A stretch of 64,000 nucleotides of DNA from Squalus acanthias (Eukaryota): NCBI GenBank assembly GCA_030390025.1, contig CM059431.1, positions 112,284,001-112,348,000 of the forward strand, written 5' to 3'. Shown in pieces: positions 24,021 to 37,004 of the stretch (its first letter is position 1; each line of letters opens with the position of its first letter). Under the pieces are notes generated by a model that saw nothing but the letters and a program-made list of their open reading frames with translations, was not told where the DNA came from and made no database searches. The position numbers and the translations under genes were made by a program.

Positions 24021-25491
24021 GGCTGCACCCAGGTTCTCCCATGACTCCCTCCATATGCTTATGGAGGGAGTCACAGCACACAGGGAGGTCCTCTTCCCTT
24101 CTCATGGGTGGAAGAGACCTCCCTAGGAGATCAACACAGCCTGGTTGCACATTACAGAGGAGGGCACAAGCAGGGATGTGGTCAGGAGGACCAGGCTGCA
24201 GTGGTGCAAACCTTTCAAAGATCTCAGTAGATCACGAAATGTTACTGCAAAGCCACACTCAACCTCATCCTGCTGTGCCTCTCATCACATCCCCACCACT
24301 CTGCCTTCCCTACCCTACTCCTGCACATCCTTACTCACACCAACTTACCTTGCACCTCCACCCATCCCTCTCTATCTACATTATCACATCCCCATCTCAC
24401 TAGCCACTCCTCACACTCACCCTCATCCTAGTGCAATCATACCAACTAACAACACACAAGGGTAGGCACTTGGGTGTTTTATGCAATGTTCATGTAAAGT
24501 TTCTGTTAATGTACTGTCAAACATTGAAATCTTTATTTTCAACACTTTGTGTTCTTGGACAGATTTGTGTGCACCTTTGGATGGGGCTTAGTGAGCTGCA
24601 GTGAATGGTGAGACATAACGGTACCCCCCGCAATGCTGATGAGTGTGAAAGGAATGACTTGGGCATTGTAGGGATGCTTTATGTTGTTGGTGTGGGGTGG
24701 TGCCAACCTGGCACATCATGTGGCAGCCAGGGTGTACAGCATCAAGTGAAGTAAATGTGGCTATGGTGAGGCCATCCCTGGCCTCCCGGGCAGCAGTGTG
24801 GTCGGATGCTGATGCTTTGTGTCCTGTGCAGCATCAGGTGATTGCGGAGAAGGTTGGTGTTGTTGTTGTTGCTGCTGGTGTGCCTGGTGATGCTGGTGTT
24901 GGGGCTGATCGTGGTGGGATTCTGAGGACCAAGGTGAGAGAGTTTCAAGGGCACCCATGCTGATGGAATAGATAGCAAGTGAAGTAGAGATGACAGAAGT
25001 GATCTGTCAATGGTGGGAGAGGTAATGAGGTTAGACTGGATGGAGACTTGTGTAACGACTTGCAGCTTCCTGAATCTGTAGTGGAAATGCAGTTTAGAGA
25101 AGCTAGTGGTTAAGGGAACATGTCTCACTCAGCTGGGAGCTTTGACTTGACATTTGAAGCTGTCAACTCATCAGCTGATTCAATGACCACTGACCTTCTG
25201 CCTCGGCTTCACAGACGAGGTCTAGGCACAGTGGGAAACTGGTGGGCGACCTGTCAAATTCAAGAAGCAGGAAAAAACCATTGATAAGTGGCTGTTAACA
25301 AGCCACTAATAATTTTAATTGCCTCCCCCACCACTGCGTGTCGGGTCTGCTCAGTGCTGACAGACCCGACATCGGGAAAGTCCAGTGTGCATGTTTTGAC
25401 TGCGGGTTCCCGACCCGCTGCCAATCATTTTAAATTTAACAGCTGACCCACCACCCATCCCGTCTGCTGAGCGCCGGCAACATTCTGGCCT
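24021..25491. mobile_element. Internally deleted PIF/Harbinger element
   Basis: Myb/SANT remnant on +; convergent transposase-like N- and C-terminal scraps on - (MG..QQQ.., AAREARDGLTIATF); right end CATTCTGGCC. Confidence 0.6.
24022..24234 (+). pseudogene. Myb/SANT-like DNA-binding domain remnant (Harbinger partner protein, NAIF1-like)
   Basis: AAPRFSHDSLHMLMEGVTAHREVLFP..*EINTAWLHITEE..VRRTRLQWCKPFKDL, with one stop. Confidence 0.7.
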
Positions 25492-25574
25492 ATGTCTTTG
25501 GTTCCTGCCAAAAACTATGTTTCCTGACCACTGACCATCTCTCTCCCTGGCCACTGTCTGAGACCATTCGCAAC

Positions 25575-26286
25575 CTTGGCGTCCTATTTGGCCCTCAGCT
25601 CAACTTCTGACCCCATACCCTTTCCATCACCGTCTTCTTCCAGCTCCATAACATCACCTGTCTCTGCCCCTGCCTCCACTCATCTGCAGCTGAAACCCTC
25701 TTCCATGCCTTTTTTACCTCTAGACTTGACTATTCCAATGCTCTCCTGGCTGGCCTCCCACCTTGCACCCTCTGTAAACTTGAGATCATCAAAAACTCAG
25801 CTGCCAGTGTCTTAACTCGCTTCAAGTCCCTGTTCACCCATCACCCCTGTGCTCAATGACCTACATTGGTTTCCTGTCCGGCAACACCTTGATTTAAAAA
25901 TTCTCTTCCTTGCGTTCAAATTCCTCCATGGTGTTGTCCCTCCCTATTTCTGTGACCTCCTACAGCCCTCCGAGATCTCTGCGCTCCTCCATTTCTGGCC
26001 TCTTGCACATCCCCGATTTTCATCGCTCCACCATTGATGGCCGTGCCTTCAGCTGCCTGGGCCCTAAGCTCCGGAATTCCCTCCCTAAACCTCTCCGCCT
26101 CTCTACCTTTCTCTCCTCCTTTAAGGCGCTCCTTAAAACCTGCCTCTTTGACCAAGCTTTTGGTCACCTGTCCTAATATCTCCTTATGTGGCTCGGTGTC
26201 AAATTTTGTTTGAAAACGGTGGTGTGAAGCGTCTTGGGATGTTTTACTACATTGAAGGTGCTGTATAATTGCAAGCTGTTGTTGTA
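25575..26286 (+). mobile_element. L2 LINE 3' fragment
   Basis: LDYSNALLAGLP..QNSAA-like, DLHWFPVRQHLDLKIL, GRAFSCLGPKLRNSLP. Confidence 0.9.
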
Positions 26287-27029
26287 AACATAGAACTAAA
26301 GAACACAAACACAAAATTAACAAGTCTCAAGTGAGCCTAAAGGTTAGAAAGTTTTATCCTTCACTGTAACGGAAATGGATTCTCAGAAAAAACTTGTATT
26401 GCTGTTTCAAATATCCCCTTAAAGAAACTTGGGTGAATATTGTTAACAAGAATGACTATAGGCAGAGGTGATCAAATGCCACCATAAATCATGATAGGAG
26501 GTGGAAAATGTATACTATTCATTGACTCCTGCTGGTTACGTGCCTGTGTGGATATTGAGTTAGGATTGATCTTTACTGTAATGGCTTTTCTAGACTCTCA
26601 CTGGCCATATGCACACACATGATGAATGGTCATTTTAGCAAGATACCAGAGGACCATGTTGCTGTGGAACTGTACCCCAGTGTAAGTCACTGATCTCAGG
26701 AGAAAAAAATTGGAGGAGAGGGGATAAAAAAAGCTGATGTCTTTTTAACTACGTTTTTGAGTTTCTCAGCCTTTGTTTTGTATTGATCCTACTATTGGCC
26801 AAAAGCTCTCCAGGCAACACCTCTGGTTTCAATGAGAAAAGGTTGCAGAGGAGGTTCAATGCCAGGGGCTTGGCTCCAAGACAATACTATAATGCACTTA
26901 ACAGAGTAAGTACCTTTTTACTAAGATTTATGTTCCTGCATTGCCAATCAACATCTCCAACACAGAAAGGGAACAATTTAAACTGTGAAGTCTCATTCCT
27001 ACAGGTAGTAAATTGTAAAAGATTTAAAA

Positions 27030-27357
27030 AAATGTAATTTGATTTTTTTTTTAAATGTTCTTACTTTCCCATTCTGTCTCTTTTTTTTCTCTCTCTCTCA
27101 ATCCAGTCTTTCGTCCCCTCTTTATTTCTCTTTCTGTACCTGATTTGACTCTAATTCACCCTATTTCCTTTTCCGTCGTTCCCCTGTTTCTTTCTCAATC
27201 CTTAAATCTCATTGGTTAAGGTGATAGACTGTTGGTCATGCCGTTCACTCAGGTCCCAGATGCCCCCGTTATCAGCTCGCACTTCCAGCAAGATACAGGA
27301 AAAAGTCTAACTGACGGAGTATGCTGCAAGATGCCCCACTCCAGCAAATTCTGGGCC
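27030..27357. mobile_element. Right end of a Harbinger-like element, same family as 44821-45037
   Basis: Shared CAATCCTTAAATCT.ATTGGTTAAGG..CGTTATCAGCTCGCACTT..GGAAAAAGTCTAACT..CAAATTCTGG.CC. Confidence 0.65.
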
Positions 27358-28329
27358 AATATTTATTCAGATGTTAATTGAATAATACAATGCTTGTCTC
27401 TTTATTTTGTCCTGAATATGATAACTCACTAGAATTACACAGAAACCTCTTTGACTCATTTGCTGTGTTTGCCATTGAGAAATCCATTCTTCAAGGTCAC
27501 AGTGTTGAAAACTAAAGTCAGAAGCAATTAAAAAAAAATCAGATGGCCAGTAATTGCACAGAATTTTTTTCATACTTGCAGTATCAATTATCCCAAACAT
27601 CATTGTAAACAGAAGTAATTGGTCTTATTTATAGTTTCATTCACATTCCCTGCCCTTGATCTTGTGATTTGAGTTGTGCATCAGCTGTTTTTAAAAAAAA
27701 AATTATACGTCTTTGGTGGTTGTTATAACAAATATAATTTGTTGCTTGTAAAATTGTCGTGATTCATTGGCCTGTTGTTTTAATTTGTTAACATTTTTAT
27801 GCAGTCAGCACTAACAGCTACAGCTTAATTTACAACTGCTGTATGTCTACAACTTTTTTTGTATGCCTCAGTTCTATCCTCACCTGTTAAATTGAAGGGT
27901 AGTGTCTAAGCTTCAAGGAGGCTGGAAAGCTTCATATGCGAGTTATGCTAACTGTATTGATATGTAGTAGGTTCTCCTTCACATCAACATTAAATCTGGA
28001 GTGGAACTTCAGCATGGAGTTGCTCAAATTGAATTTAGACCAACGGTGTGATAACCTATTAAGGAGATAGTATCACCCTGCTTTACATTAGTTGCAGTTG
28101 TACTTTTAAGATCTGATTCAGCAATTTCAGCCAACGTCCCTCTGAGATTGTGACACGCTTATAGGCTTCCATGCCCATGGAGAAGAGCGCTGACGTAGCT
28201 GGATTCAGCAAAAACTTCCAATACCACTCGGGGCTTACGCATCGAGTGCAATTACGTGGATAGCCTCTGAAGTTGGCTAGCATGTAGGCTTAAAGGCTTG
28301 CAGCTCACACTTAAGGTATGCTGACACTT

Positions 28330-28870
28330 AAGAACATAAGAACATAAGAAATTGGAGCAGGAGTAGGCCATTCAATAAGATCATGGCTGATCTTCTACCT
28401 CAAATCCACATTCCTGCACTATCCCCATATCCCTTGATTCCCTTACTATCCAAAAATCTATCGATCTCTGTCTTGAATATACTCTGGGGTAGAGAATTCC
28501 AAAGATTCACAACCCTTTGAGTGAAGAAATTTCTCCTCATCTCAGTCCTAAATGTTCGACCCTTATTCTGTGACCCCGTGTTCTAGATTCCCCAATCAGG
28601 GGAAACATCCTCCCTGCATCTATCCTGTCAAGCCCTGTAAGAATTTTATATGTTTCAATGAGTTCACCTCTCATTCTTCTAAATTCTAGGGAATATAGGC
28701 CTAGTCTACTCAATCTCTCCTCATCGGACAATCCCCCCATCCCAGGAATCAGTCTGGTAACCTTTGTTGCACTCCCTCTAAGGCAAGTATATCCTTCCTT
28801 AGGTAAGGAGACCAAAACTGTGCACAGTACTCCAGGTGTGGTCTCACCATGGCCCTATATAATTGCAGTA
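28330..28870 (-). mobile_element. CR1 LINE 3' fragment
   Basis: LLQLYRAMVRPHLEYCAQFWSPYLRKD..; (TTCTTATG)n tail. Confidence 0.9.
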
Positions 28871-29281
28871 AGGTCTGTGGACAACTAGGCAAAGCACTGC
28901 TTCCTCTGACGCCATGGGTTGGTGGCTGGTGAAGTGGACCTGCTGTTGCATGAGGCGGGTGTGAGGACAGTTGCACAGCTTGGCACGCCAGGGCATCCTC
29001 TCATGAAGATGGCAGTGCAGCATGCCTGGCAGTTGGAAGCACAGATGAAGCATCTATCTCTCAGGACAATGCCACATGCAGCCAGCCAAGCTGGCCCCCT
29101 CATAGAACTGAAAAAGTACCAGTAGGTAGGCAGGAGCAGACCACCAGTACAGGATAAGGACTGCTGCCAGCAAATCTGGGCCATCTTATGACCCACTACT
29201 TAGAGATAGAGGGCCATGTCTACCCCATGAAGATCAGTAGCCAGCCACCACACTCACTCCTCCCACCTAAAGGAGCAGTAG

Positions 29282-30008
29282 ATGTTGAAAGTGGCAGGGC
29301 AGGTTGAGAAAGCGGTTAAAAAAGCATACGGGATCCTGGGCTTTATAAATAAAGGCATAGAGTATAAAAGCAAGGAAGTTATGATGAACCTTCATAAAAC
29401 ACTGGTTCATCCTCAACTGGAGTATTGTGTCCAATTCTGGGCACCGTACTTTAGGAAGGATGTGATAGCCTTAGAGAGGGTGCAGAAAAGAGAGGGTGCA
29501 GGAAAGATTTACAAGAATTGTTCCAGGGAGGAGGGACTTCAGATACGTGGATAGACTGGAGAAGCTGGGGTTGTTCTCCTTAAAGCATTGAAGGTTGAGA
29601 GAAGATTTGATAGAGGTGTTCAAAATCATGATGGGTCTAGACAGAGTAGATAGAGAGAAACTGTTCACATTGGCGGAAGGGTTGAGAACCAGAGGATACA
29701 GATTTAAGGTGATTGGCAGAAGAACCAAAGGCGACATGAGGGAAAACTTCTTTACGCAGCGAGTGGTTATGATCTGGAATGCACTGCCTGAAAGGGTGGT
29801 GGAGGCAGATTCAAAAGGGTGGCTTTCAAAAGGGAATTGGATAAGGAAACAAATTGCAGGGCTACGGGGAAAGGGCGGGAGAGTACGGGGAAAGGGCAGG
29901 GGAGTGGGACTAGCTGAAGTGCTCTTGCAGAGAGCCTGCACGAGCTCGATGGGCCGAATGGCCTCCTTCTGTGCTGTAACCATTCTATGATTCTGTGATT
30001 CTATGATT
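29282..30008 (+). mobile_element. CR1 LINE 3' fragment
   Basis: KKAYGILGFINKGIEYKSKEV..LEYCVQFWAP; FFTQRVVMIWNALP; (TTCTATGA)n tail. Confidence 0.9.
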
Positions 30009-30474
30009 AGGTTCCATCCACTATCACCAAGGCAAAGAACCAGGGTGTTAAACGTTCAAACCACAAACACTATTCATTTGCAGGTAAATAAAATAATTAG
30101 ATTTTACTTCAACTTAATACAGAAAGGTTGCATATACTGGACTATACTAAAGTAGCAGCAGGTGGTGGGATGGGCATGCACAGTAGTTGAGATAATGAGA
30201 GGTTTTGGTATTTATTGGGCCGTTGTATGGTGTCAACTCATGCAGATCTGGTTGGGTAGGGATTGACTTAGTCACTTAGATGAATGTACCAGTGACTGGT
30301 GTGCAAGTCTTCCTGGTTGCAAGATGCCTTCATCCACTTATTTCTCCTCTGCCAAGGGTTGGGATTGGGCCCGCTCAGCTTTCTGTTGCATTCTAAAAAA
30401 TGTGCAAGGTGCAGCAAGTGGCTATGATTCTGGCGATCCTGGCAGGGCTATATAGCAGGATCCTTCTCCCAAAA

Positions 30475-30858
30475 ATCTAGGCTGACCGTCCAGTGCAGTG
30501 CTGAGGGAGTGCTGCACTGTCAGAGATGCCGTCTTTCATATGAGACGTTAAACCGAGGCCTTGTCTGCTCAGGTCTCAGGTGGACCTAAAAGATCCCATG
30601 GTACTATTTCGAAGAAGAGCAGGGAGTTCTCCCTGGTGTCCTGGCCAATATTTATCCCTTAATGACATCATTAAAACAGATGATCTGGTCATTATCACAT
30701 TGCTGTTTGTGGGAGCTTGCTGTGCACAAACTGGCTGCCGCGTTTCCTACATTGCAACAGTGACTACACTTCAAAAAGCACTTAATTGGCTGTAAAGCGC
30801 GTTGGGACATCCTGAGGTTGTGAAAGGCGCTATATCAATGCAAGTTCTTTCTTTCTTT
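30475..30858 (+). mobile_element. DeuSINE, 5'-truncated
   Basis: Deu-like core and tail as at 968-1438. Confidence 0.85.
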
Positions 30859-32149
30859 CCCCACCCGCCCAAATACCAATCGATCCAAGCAACTGAATCT
30901 TTGCTTCAGCAGAGATTCTGGTTGAAGCATGTGCTGCATTGTATTTGCAATCGGGGGGCATTCTGTGGTTTCTATGGGGTGATTAGTCAAGGCTGAAGAG
31001 GGTAGCCCTGGGCTCTGGGGAGCCATTGGTTTGATCTCCCTCGGGCCGATTACCCCCAGTGAGGAGGTATAAAGCAATTTGTTCTGTAAAAAATCATGAG
31101 ACGTTTAAAGGCGTTCTCTAAATGCAAGTTGCTTATTGAAAAGGATCGGGGGTGGGGGGGTGGGTGGGGGGAAACAAGTTTGCAACTGCAGGAAATGATA
31201 CAACAATTAAAATGCAGATATCCAAGCAGCAGAAAAAGCCTTTCAGATCCAAGAGTAGGACAACAAAAACACTTTTTAGAAGTGACCTCTGGAAGGCCTG
31301 AGCAGCAAATCCCTCCAGTGCCTATTCAAAATGGACAAGCAGTGCTAATGTGAGTAATCAGTTGGAAAAGAAATCGCTGCCTCCAGTGTGAGATCAATTT
31401 GCATGCGATTGACTTAAATTAGTGGGTATTACGAGGCTCTTGCATGCTGGCAGGCAAGCCTCCAAAAACTTAGGAAAACTTCAAACCACTGATCCAACCC
31501 GCTCAGTTGATTTTGTGAGGGGTGATCCCTGAATTCACAAGTGCGCTCCCGGAGCATACCATCACTCACCAGAAGAAATTTTTCACTTTTTGGTGTTAAG
31601 TGAAGACAATAAAAATGGAAGCAAGCACTTGTTTACAAGTCCCGAGTTCCAGTTTGCCTAGACAGTGACTGGTGTGGAGGTGCTAATTTGGGGTGCGCCT
31701 GTTTGCTTTGCTCTAAGGAGGTAACAGTCTCAAACCAGTGCCTGCAGCATAACAACATCCTTATGCGGTATCAAAACACTTCACGTTTCTTAAGCCTCTT
31801 ATGCAACAAAGTCCTTGCTTTTAAATTTGTTTCATGCTGAGTTACAAGAGTTAATTCAAAAGGATTGCTTCTAATGGCACGCAGGGTAAAACCTGGGCAT
31901 TGGTAAGAAATTGAATGAAAAATAGATGGCAGCGGGTACTTGGCGCAGGAGTTATGCTAGGGCTGGGGCACCTCACTGTTTCTTACTAACTTGGGTTCAG
32001 AAGTTTAATGGCGATCGAGCAATGTACAAGGCTGTAACATCGTAGTGTCAATTCCTGACCTGTGCTCCCTTCAAAGTATGTAAGATAGTAAACGGTATAG
32101 AAAAAGCAAATCTAGAACACCACTTTAAGCAAAACATGACCGCAGGACA

Positions 32150-32690
32150 AGAGGACACAGGTTTGAAAAGGCAAATTGAGGACTGATATCAGAAAGTTCT
32201 TCACAAAAAGAGGGCTCAGCACGTGGAATGGACTTCTGGGTAGGGGAGTGGAGTGTAAATGCTGGAATCATTTAACAAGCAGTTGTACTGGGGGAGCGTA
32301 GAGAAGGCTTCTTCGGCAGCACCTCCCAAACCCGCGACCTCTTCCACCTAGAAGGACAAGGGCAGCAGGCGCATGGGAACACCAGCACCTCCAAGTTCCC
32401 CTCCGAGTCACACACCAGCCTGACTTGGAAATATATCACCGATCCTTCATCGTCGCTGGGTCAAAATCCTGGAACTCCCTCCCTAACAGCACTGTGGGAG
32501 TACCTTCACCACACGGACTGCAGCGGTTCAAGAAGGCGGCTCACCACCACCTTCACGAGGGCAATTAGGGATGGGCAATAAATGCTGGCCTTGCCAGCAA
32601 CGCCCACATCCCATAAGTGAATTAAAAAAAAATAATAATTCTGAATGGATGAGCAAAGATAGGGAAAAATGGCCTCCCCCAACTGTTTTG
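32150..32690 (+). mobile_element. Old CR1 3' end hosting a younger LINE tail
   Basis: GAGGACACAGGTTT..AGGACTGATATCAGAAAGTTCTTCACA..GTGGAATGGACT (RGHRF..FFT..WN). Confidence 0.55.
32303..32632 (+). mobile_element. 3' end of the 21033-24020 LINE family
   Basis: AAGGCTTCTTCGGCAGCACCTCCCAAACCC..GGGCAATTAGGGATGGGCAATAAATGCTGGCC..poly(A). Confidence 0.9.
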
Positions 32691-33650
32691 TGATGTTTTA
32701 ATAACGAGAAGTCAACAGACTGCTGAATCAGTTGACTGGCTGATTCTGGCTTTTCTTCAGTTGATCATGATTATGTTTGCTACGTTGTGAGCTATTTCAA
32801 TAGAATTCAGGTCAATTTCAGTGGCTTCTCTTTTTTTTCCTTTCACTGGTGATGTTAAACCGGAAAGCTTTTTGAATGAGGCACGCTGTCAGCAGCTCGC
32901 CAGCACATCTTTTTTGAAAGCAAACGCAGTGTTTGAAAGGCTAATATATGAATATAGTGTTGTCCAAGAGCTGTAAAGTTTCATTAGGTGGTAGAGGAGC
33001 TTTCCATTTATAGCCCGTGTCACATTTATTTTGATTTACTGATCCTATTTTATCTCTTCTATGCCAGCCATTTCCTGTTAATTAAAGGTCTCCGAGTTTC
33101 TCTAAAGTATGTGAGTTGCCTTTGATATTTCCGCCATGTCTTGGCTGATTATTTTAGAATGTTTGTCCAATGGGGAATAGAAACACACAATGTAAATGTG
33201 ATTGCAGCAGCACTGTATTGTTTCATGTACATATGTAAATAGCAATTGTTGATTTGGAAAAAAAAATCTTTTATTATTTAATACTGACCATAAATTTAAA
33301 AAAAATCTCAATCATGGTCTACTTTTCCATTTCCCCAAATCTAATCCCAGCCAGTTCAAACTAGCTAAAGCAGCCATGAGGGCCTTTTGAAAAAAGATAT
33401 TTCAGTGGGTGAGCAATCTTGATTTCTCAATAGTACTCTAGTGAGCAGGAGTGGTGTTGCTGCCAGAAATGGCACATTACTCAAAGTATTCATATCGCAC
33501 TTACACATTTTTTTTCCTTTATGTTCATGCTCGCTGTCTTAACACAACCTTCTCATCTTTTTGTTTGCCTCCACTCGCTCTCAAATTTTACCACAATATT
33601 TCAGTGCCAGGAATTATGTTGATATTTTCTCTGCGCCTCTCTCTTCGAGG

Positions 33651-33905
33651 GGAGTTCTCCCCGGCGCCCTGGCCAATAATTCTCCCTCAACCAACAGCAC
33701 AAAAACAGATTATCTGGGCATTTTCACATTGCTGTTTGTGGGAGCTTGCTGTGCGCAAATTGGCTGCCGTGTTTCCCACATTACAACAGTGACCAGTACT
33801 TCAAATGACTCCACTTCAAAAAAAGTACTTCATTGGCTGTAAAGCGCTTTGAGACGTCCGGTGGTCGTGAGAGGCGCGATATAAATGCAAGTCTTTCTTT
33901 CTTTC
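33651..33905 (+). mobile_element. DeuSINE 3' half
   Basis: GGGAGTTCTCCCCGG..GCGCAAATTGGCTGCC..ATAAATGCAAGT(CTTT)n. Confidence 0.85.
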
Positions 33906-34264
33906 ATCAGCCCTTGCCTCTTTTCCGTCAGCGCCTATCATTTTCTTTCCGTCACTGACTGAGATTTGGACCTCTCAAGATTTTCAATCAGTTGGTTCTC
34001 TGCTTGTGTTCATCGTTCTGAACGTGCAGTAATTGAATCAGCGAGAAGCATAATAATTTGCAGGAAATGTTTCTCTATTGTGCCACTCATTATCACAGGC
34101 AGCCGGATAAATTGGAGAGGGGCTTTGGCTGACTATGTATTAATATAGCACTGTCCATTTTAATATGTTAGACTATGCATGCACTTCACAACTAATTTAA
34201 ATATTCCTTTCAATTTTTTTATTGCAGTGCTTTTCTGTGTTAATTTTTTTTAGACAATGAGAGG

Positions 34265-34843
34265 GCGTCATTCATTTCTAAATATTCTAGCGCACTCTTG
34301 GCTGGCCTCCCACGTTCTATCCTCCGTAAACTTGAGGTCATCCAAAACTCTGCTGCCCGTGTCCTAACTCGCACCAAGTGCCATTCACCCATCACCCCTA
34401 TGCTCGCTGACCTACATTGGTTCCCAGTTAAGTAAAGCCTCAATTTTAAAATTCTCATCCTTGCTTTCAAATTCCACCATGGCCTCGCCTCCTCCCTATC
34501 TCCGTAATCTCCTCCAGCTCTACAACCCTCCGAGGTATCTGCGCTCCTCCAATTCTGGCCTCTTGAGCATCCCCGATTTTAATCGCTCCACCATTGGTGG
34601 CTGTGCCTTCAGCTGCCAAGGCCCGAAGCTCTGGAATTCCCTGCCTAAACCTCTCCGCCTCGCTACCTCTCTTTCCTCCTTTAAACCTTAATACCTACCT
34701 CTTTGACCAAGCTTTTGGTCATCTGTCCTAATATCTCCTTATATGGCTTGGTGTCCAATTTTATTTGATAATCGCTCCTGTGAAGCGCCTTGGGACATTT
34801 TACTATGTTAAAGGCGCTATATAAATACAATTTGTTGCTGTTA
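34265..34843 (+). mobile_element. L2 LINE 3' fragment
   Basis: ALLAGLPRSILRKLEVIQNSAARVLTRTK..PITPMLADLHW. Confidence 0.9.
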
Positions 34844-34959
34844 AATAAAACCACATTCTGTTGTAATGAAATAATTTTCTTTCATAAATTAGAATTGTAA
34901 ACTTGTAAAATTTCCTTTTTTTCCAAATAGACTTAGCAGCTGTTAATGATTCTGCCATC

Positions 34960-35215
34960 CCCATTTGCAACATTATTTCTCCTGCCTTTCATTCTAGCAC
35001 AGACCTTCCCTTTAGTTCCTTCCTCCCCTCCCATCCCCCCCCCCCACCCCCACCCCCCCCTTCCCTGCCTCTGCACCTGCTTAAAACCTGTTACATCTCT
35101 AACTTTTTCCAGTTCTGACGAAGGGTCACAGACCTGAAACATTAACTCTTTTTCTCTCTCCACGGATGCTGCCTGGCCTGCTGAGTGTTTCCAGCATTTT
35201 CTGTTGTTATTTGAG
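34960..35215 (+). mobile_element. Penelope-like family B pLTR fragment
   Basis: TGCTTAAAACCTGTTACATCTCTAACTTTTTCCAGTTCTGACGAAGGGTC..GATGCTGCCTGGCCTGCTGAGTGTTTCCAGCATTTTCTG. Confidence 0.75.
35111..35147 (+). ncRNA. Minimal hammerhead ribozyme motif (family B)
   Basis: AGTT-CTGACGA-A-GGGTC(ACA)GACCT-GAAA-CA-T-T-AACT; the helix III palindrome is broken by CG>CA. Confidence 0.7.
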
Positions 35216-35253
35216 AAAAACATGTTTGACACTCTTCCTTTTCCTCTCTGAAT

Positions 35254-35457
35254 GTCAGCCGGCTCAGTTTGGTAGCACTCTTGCCTCTGAAGATTGTGGG
35301 TTTGAGCTCAACTACAAACTTGAGCACATAATCCAGGCTGACACTTCAGTGCAGTACTGAAGGAGTGCTGCATTGTCAGACATGCCTGTCTGCCTACTCA
35401 GGTAGATATAAAAAATCTCTCAGCACTACTGGGAAGAGGGAGTTCTCCTGGTGTCCT
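35254..35457 (+). mobile_element. DeuSINE 5' part, internally deleted
   Basis: GGCTCAGTTTGGTAGCACTCTTGCCTCTGA..CAGTGCAGTACTGAAGGAGTGCTGC. Confidence 0.75.
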
Positions 35458-35984
35458 GCGGAGAGGAGAACTGCTATCAGCCTCCTGTGAACTTTGGCAG
35501 TGTAAGTGCTGGCGTTCTTTGCCCCCCCACCCTGGATTTTCTAGGCCACAATTTGCACATTCCTTTGCTCTTTTAATATGTTTCACTGATTATCTTTCAA
35601 ATGATCAATTAATTTTCTGTTAAGCAGTTTGCGGGTCATTCATTACACACTCTCTTTGTGATCGGTGTATGTATTGATCTCTTCCTATCCCCTTCCCCTT
35701 TTTTTCTCATTCAATGTTTCCCAATCTTATTAAAATGCCTGTTTACCTTTCAGTTAAGACCCATGAAGGGTTGCAAATCTGCAATGTCACAACTTGTCTT
35801 TTCTCTTTACAGATGCTGACACATTTAGTGTTTTTATTTCCGGAGCGAGATACTCCCTGGCTGGCACTGATTCTGCAGATCCTGGTCTTCGACTGGTAGT
35901 TACAATGCAAACAGACTCAAAAGTTCTCTGGAATTATTTCAAGTCTGTTTCAGACAGCTGATGACTCCTAGAATTCTCTGGAAC

Positions 35985-36170
35985 TCTCTTCCGTCAAAAG
36001 GCTGTGGATGCTGGCAGAATTGGAGCTTCCTAGGCTGAGATCGTTAGATTTTTGTTGGGTCCGAGTACCAAGGGATATGGAGCTAAGGCTGGTAAATGGA
36101 GTTGAGATACGGATCAGTCATGATCTAATTGAATGGCTCAAGGGGCTGAATGACCTACTCATGTTCCTAT
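35985..36170 (+). mobile_element. CR1 3' end fragment
   Basis: GGAACTCTCTTCCGTCAAAAGGCTGTGGATGCTG..ATCAGTCATGATCTAATTGAATGG. Confidence 0.7.
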
Positions 36171-36399
36171 CCCACAGGCCAGAAGCAGAACCTAGAACAG
36201 AAAGCGGATAGCATGGAGGACATCTCCATGTCAGGAATCTCAGCACAACCACCTCTGAAAGTGCACAACGTGAGTGAAGCTTGACCCGTCAAAAAGAAAG
36301 AACCAATTAGTCACCTAAACCCACGTATCGCACACCCAGAGACAGCTGGAAACAGGGAGTGCCTCGTAAACACTGGTATTGTGGATTGTTACTGTTTAA

Positions 36400-36852
36400 T
36401 TTACAAGACTGCTTCCTGGGATGAGGGACTTCAGTTATGTGGATTGACTGGAGAAGCTGGGGTTGTTCTCCTTAGAGCAGAGAAGGTTGAGAGGAGATCA
36501 TGTGGGGTCTATACAGAGTAGATAGAGAGAAACTGTTCCCATTGGCGGAAGGGTCGAGAACCAGAGGACACAAATTTAAGGTGATTGGCAGAAGAACCAA
36601 AGGTGACATGAGGAAAAACCTTTTTACGCAGCAAGTGGTTAGGATCTGGAATGCACTGCCTGAGATGGTGGTGGAGGCAGACTCAATCGTGGTTTTCAAA
36701 AGGAAATTGGATAAGTACCTGAAAGGAAAAAAATTTGCAGGGGCTACGGGGAAAGGGCGGGTGAGTGGGAATAGCTGAAGTGCTCTTGCAGAGAGCTGGC
36801 ACAGGCTCGACGGGCCGAATGGCCTCCTTCTGTGCTGTAACCATTCTATGAC
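36400..36852 (+). mobile_element. CR1 LINE 3' fragment, followed by a SINE tail to about 36917
   Basis: RVDREKLFPLAEGSRTRGHKFKVIG..WNALPE. Confidence 0.88.
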
Positions 36853-37004
36853 TCCACTTCAAAAGTACTTCATTGGCTGTAAAGCGCTTTGGGGCATCCT
36901 GAGGTTGTGAAAGGCGAATGGAGAATGGATTCTGCTTGATTTAAATCTAGTTGACCCAAAGGTGACTGCCAGAGGCAAGTCCATCATGCTGTGTGTAATA
37001 ATAT

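Noticed and set aside
24761..24958. Gln/His-rich ORF suggestive of a transcription-factor exon
   Set aside because: Lies inside the Harbinger-derived element and is explained by (CAA/CAG)n low-complexity sequence.
28871..29281. GC-rich segment between two oppositely oriented CR1 fragments with several short ORFs
   Set aside because: Could not be assigned to any family. The flanking CR1s are different subfamilies, so twin-priming inversion is not supported.
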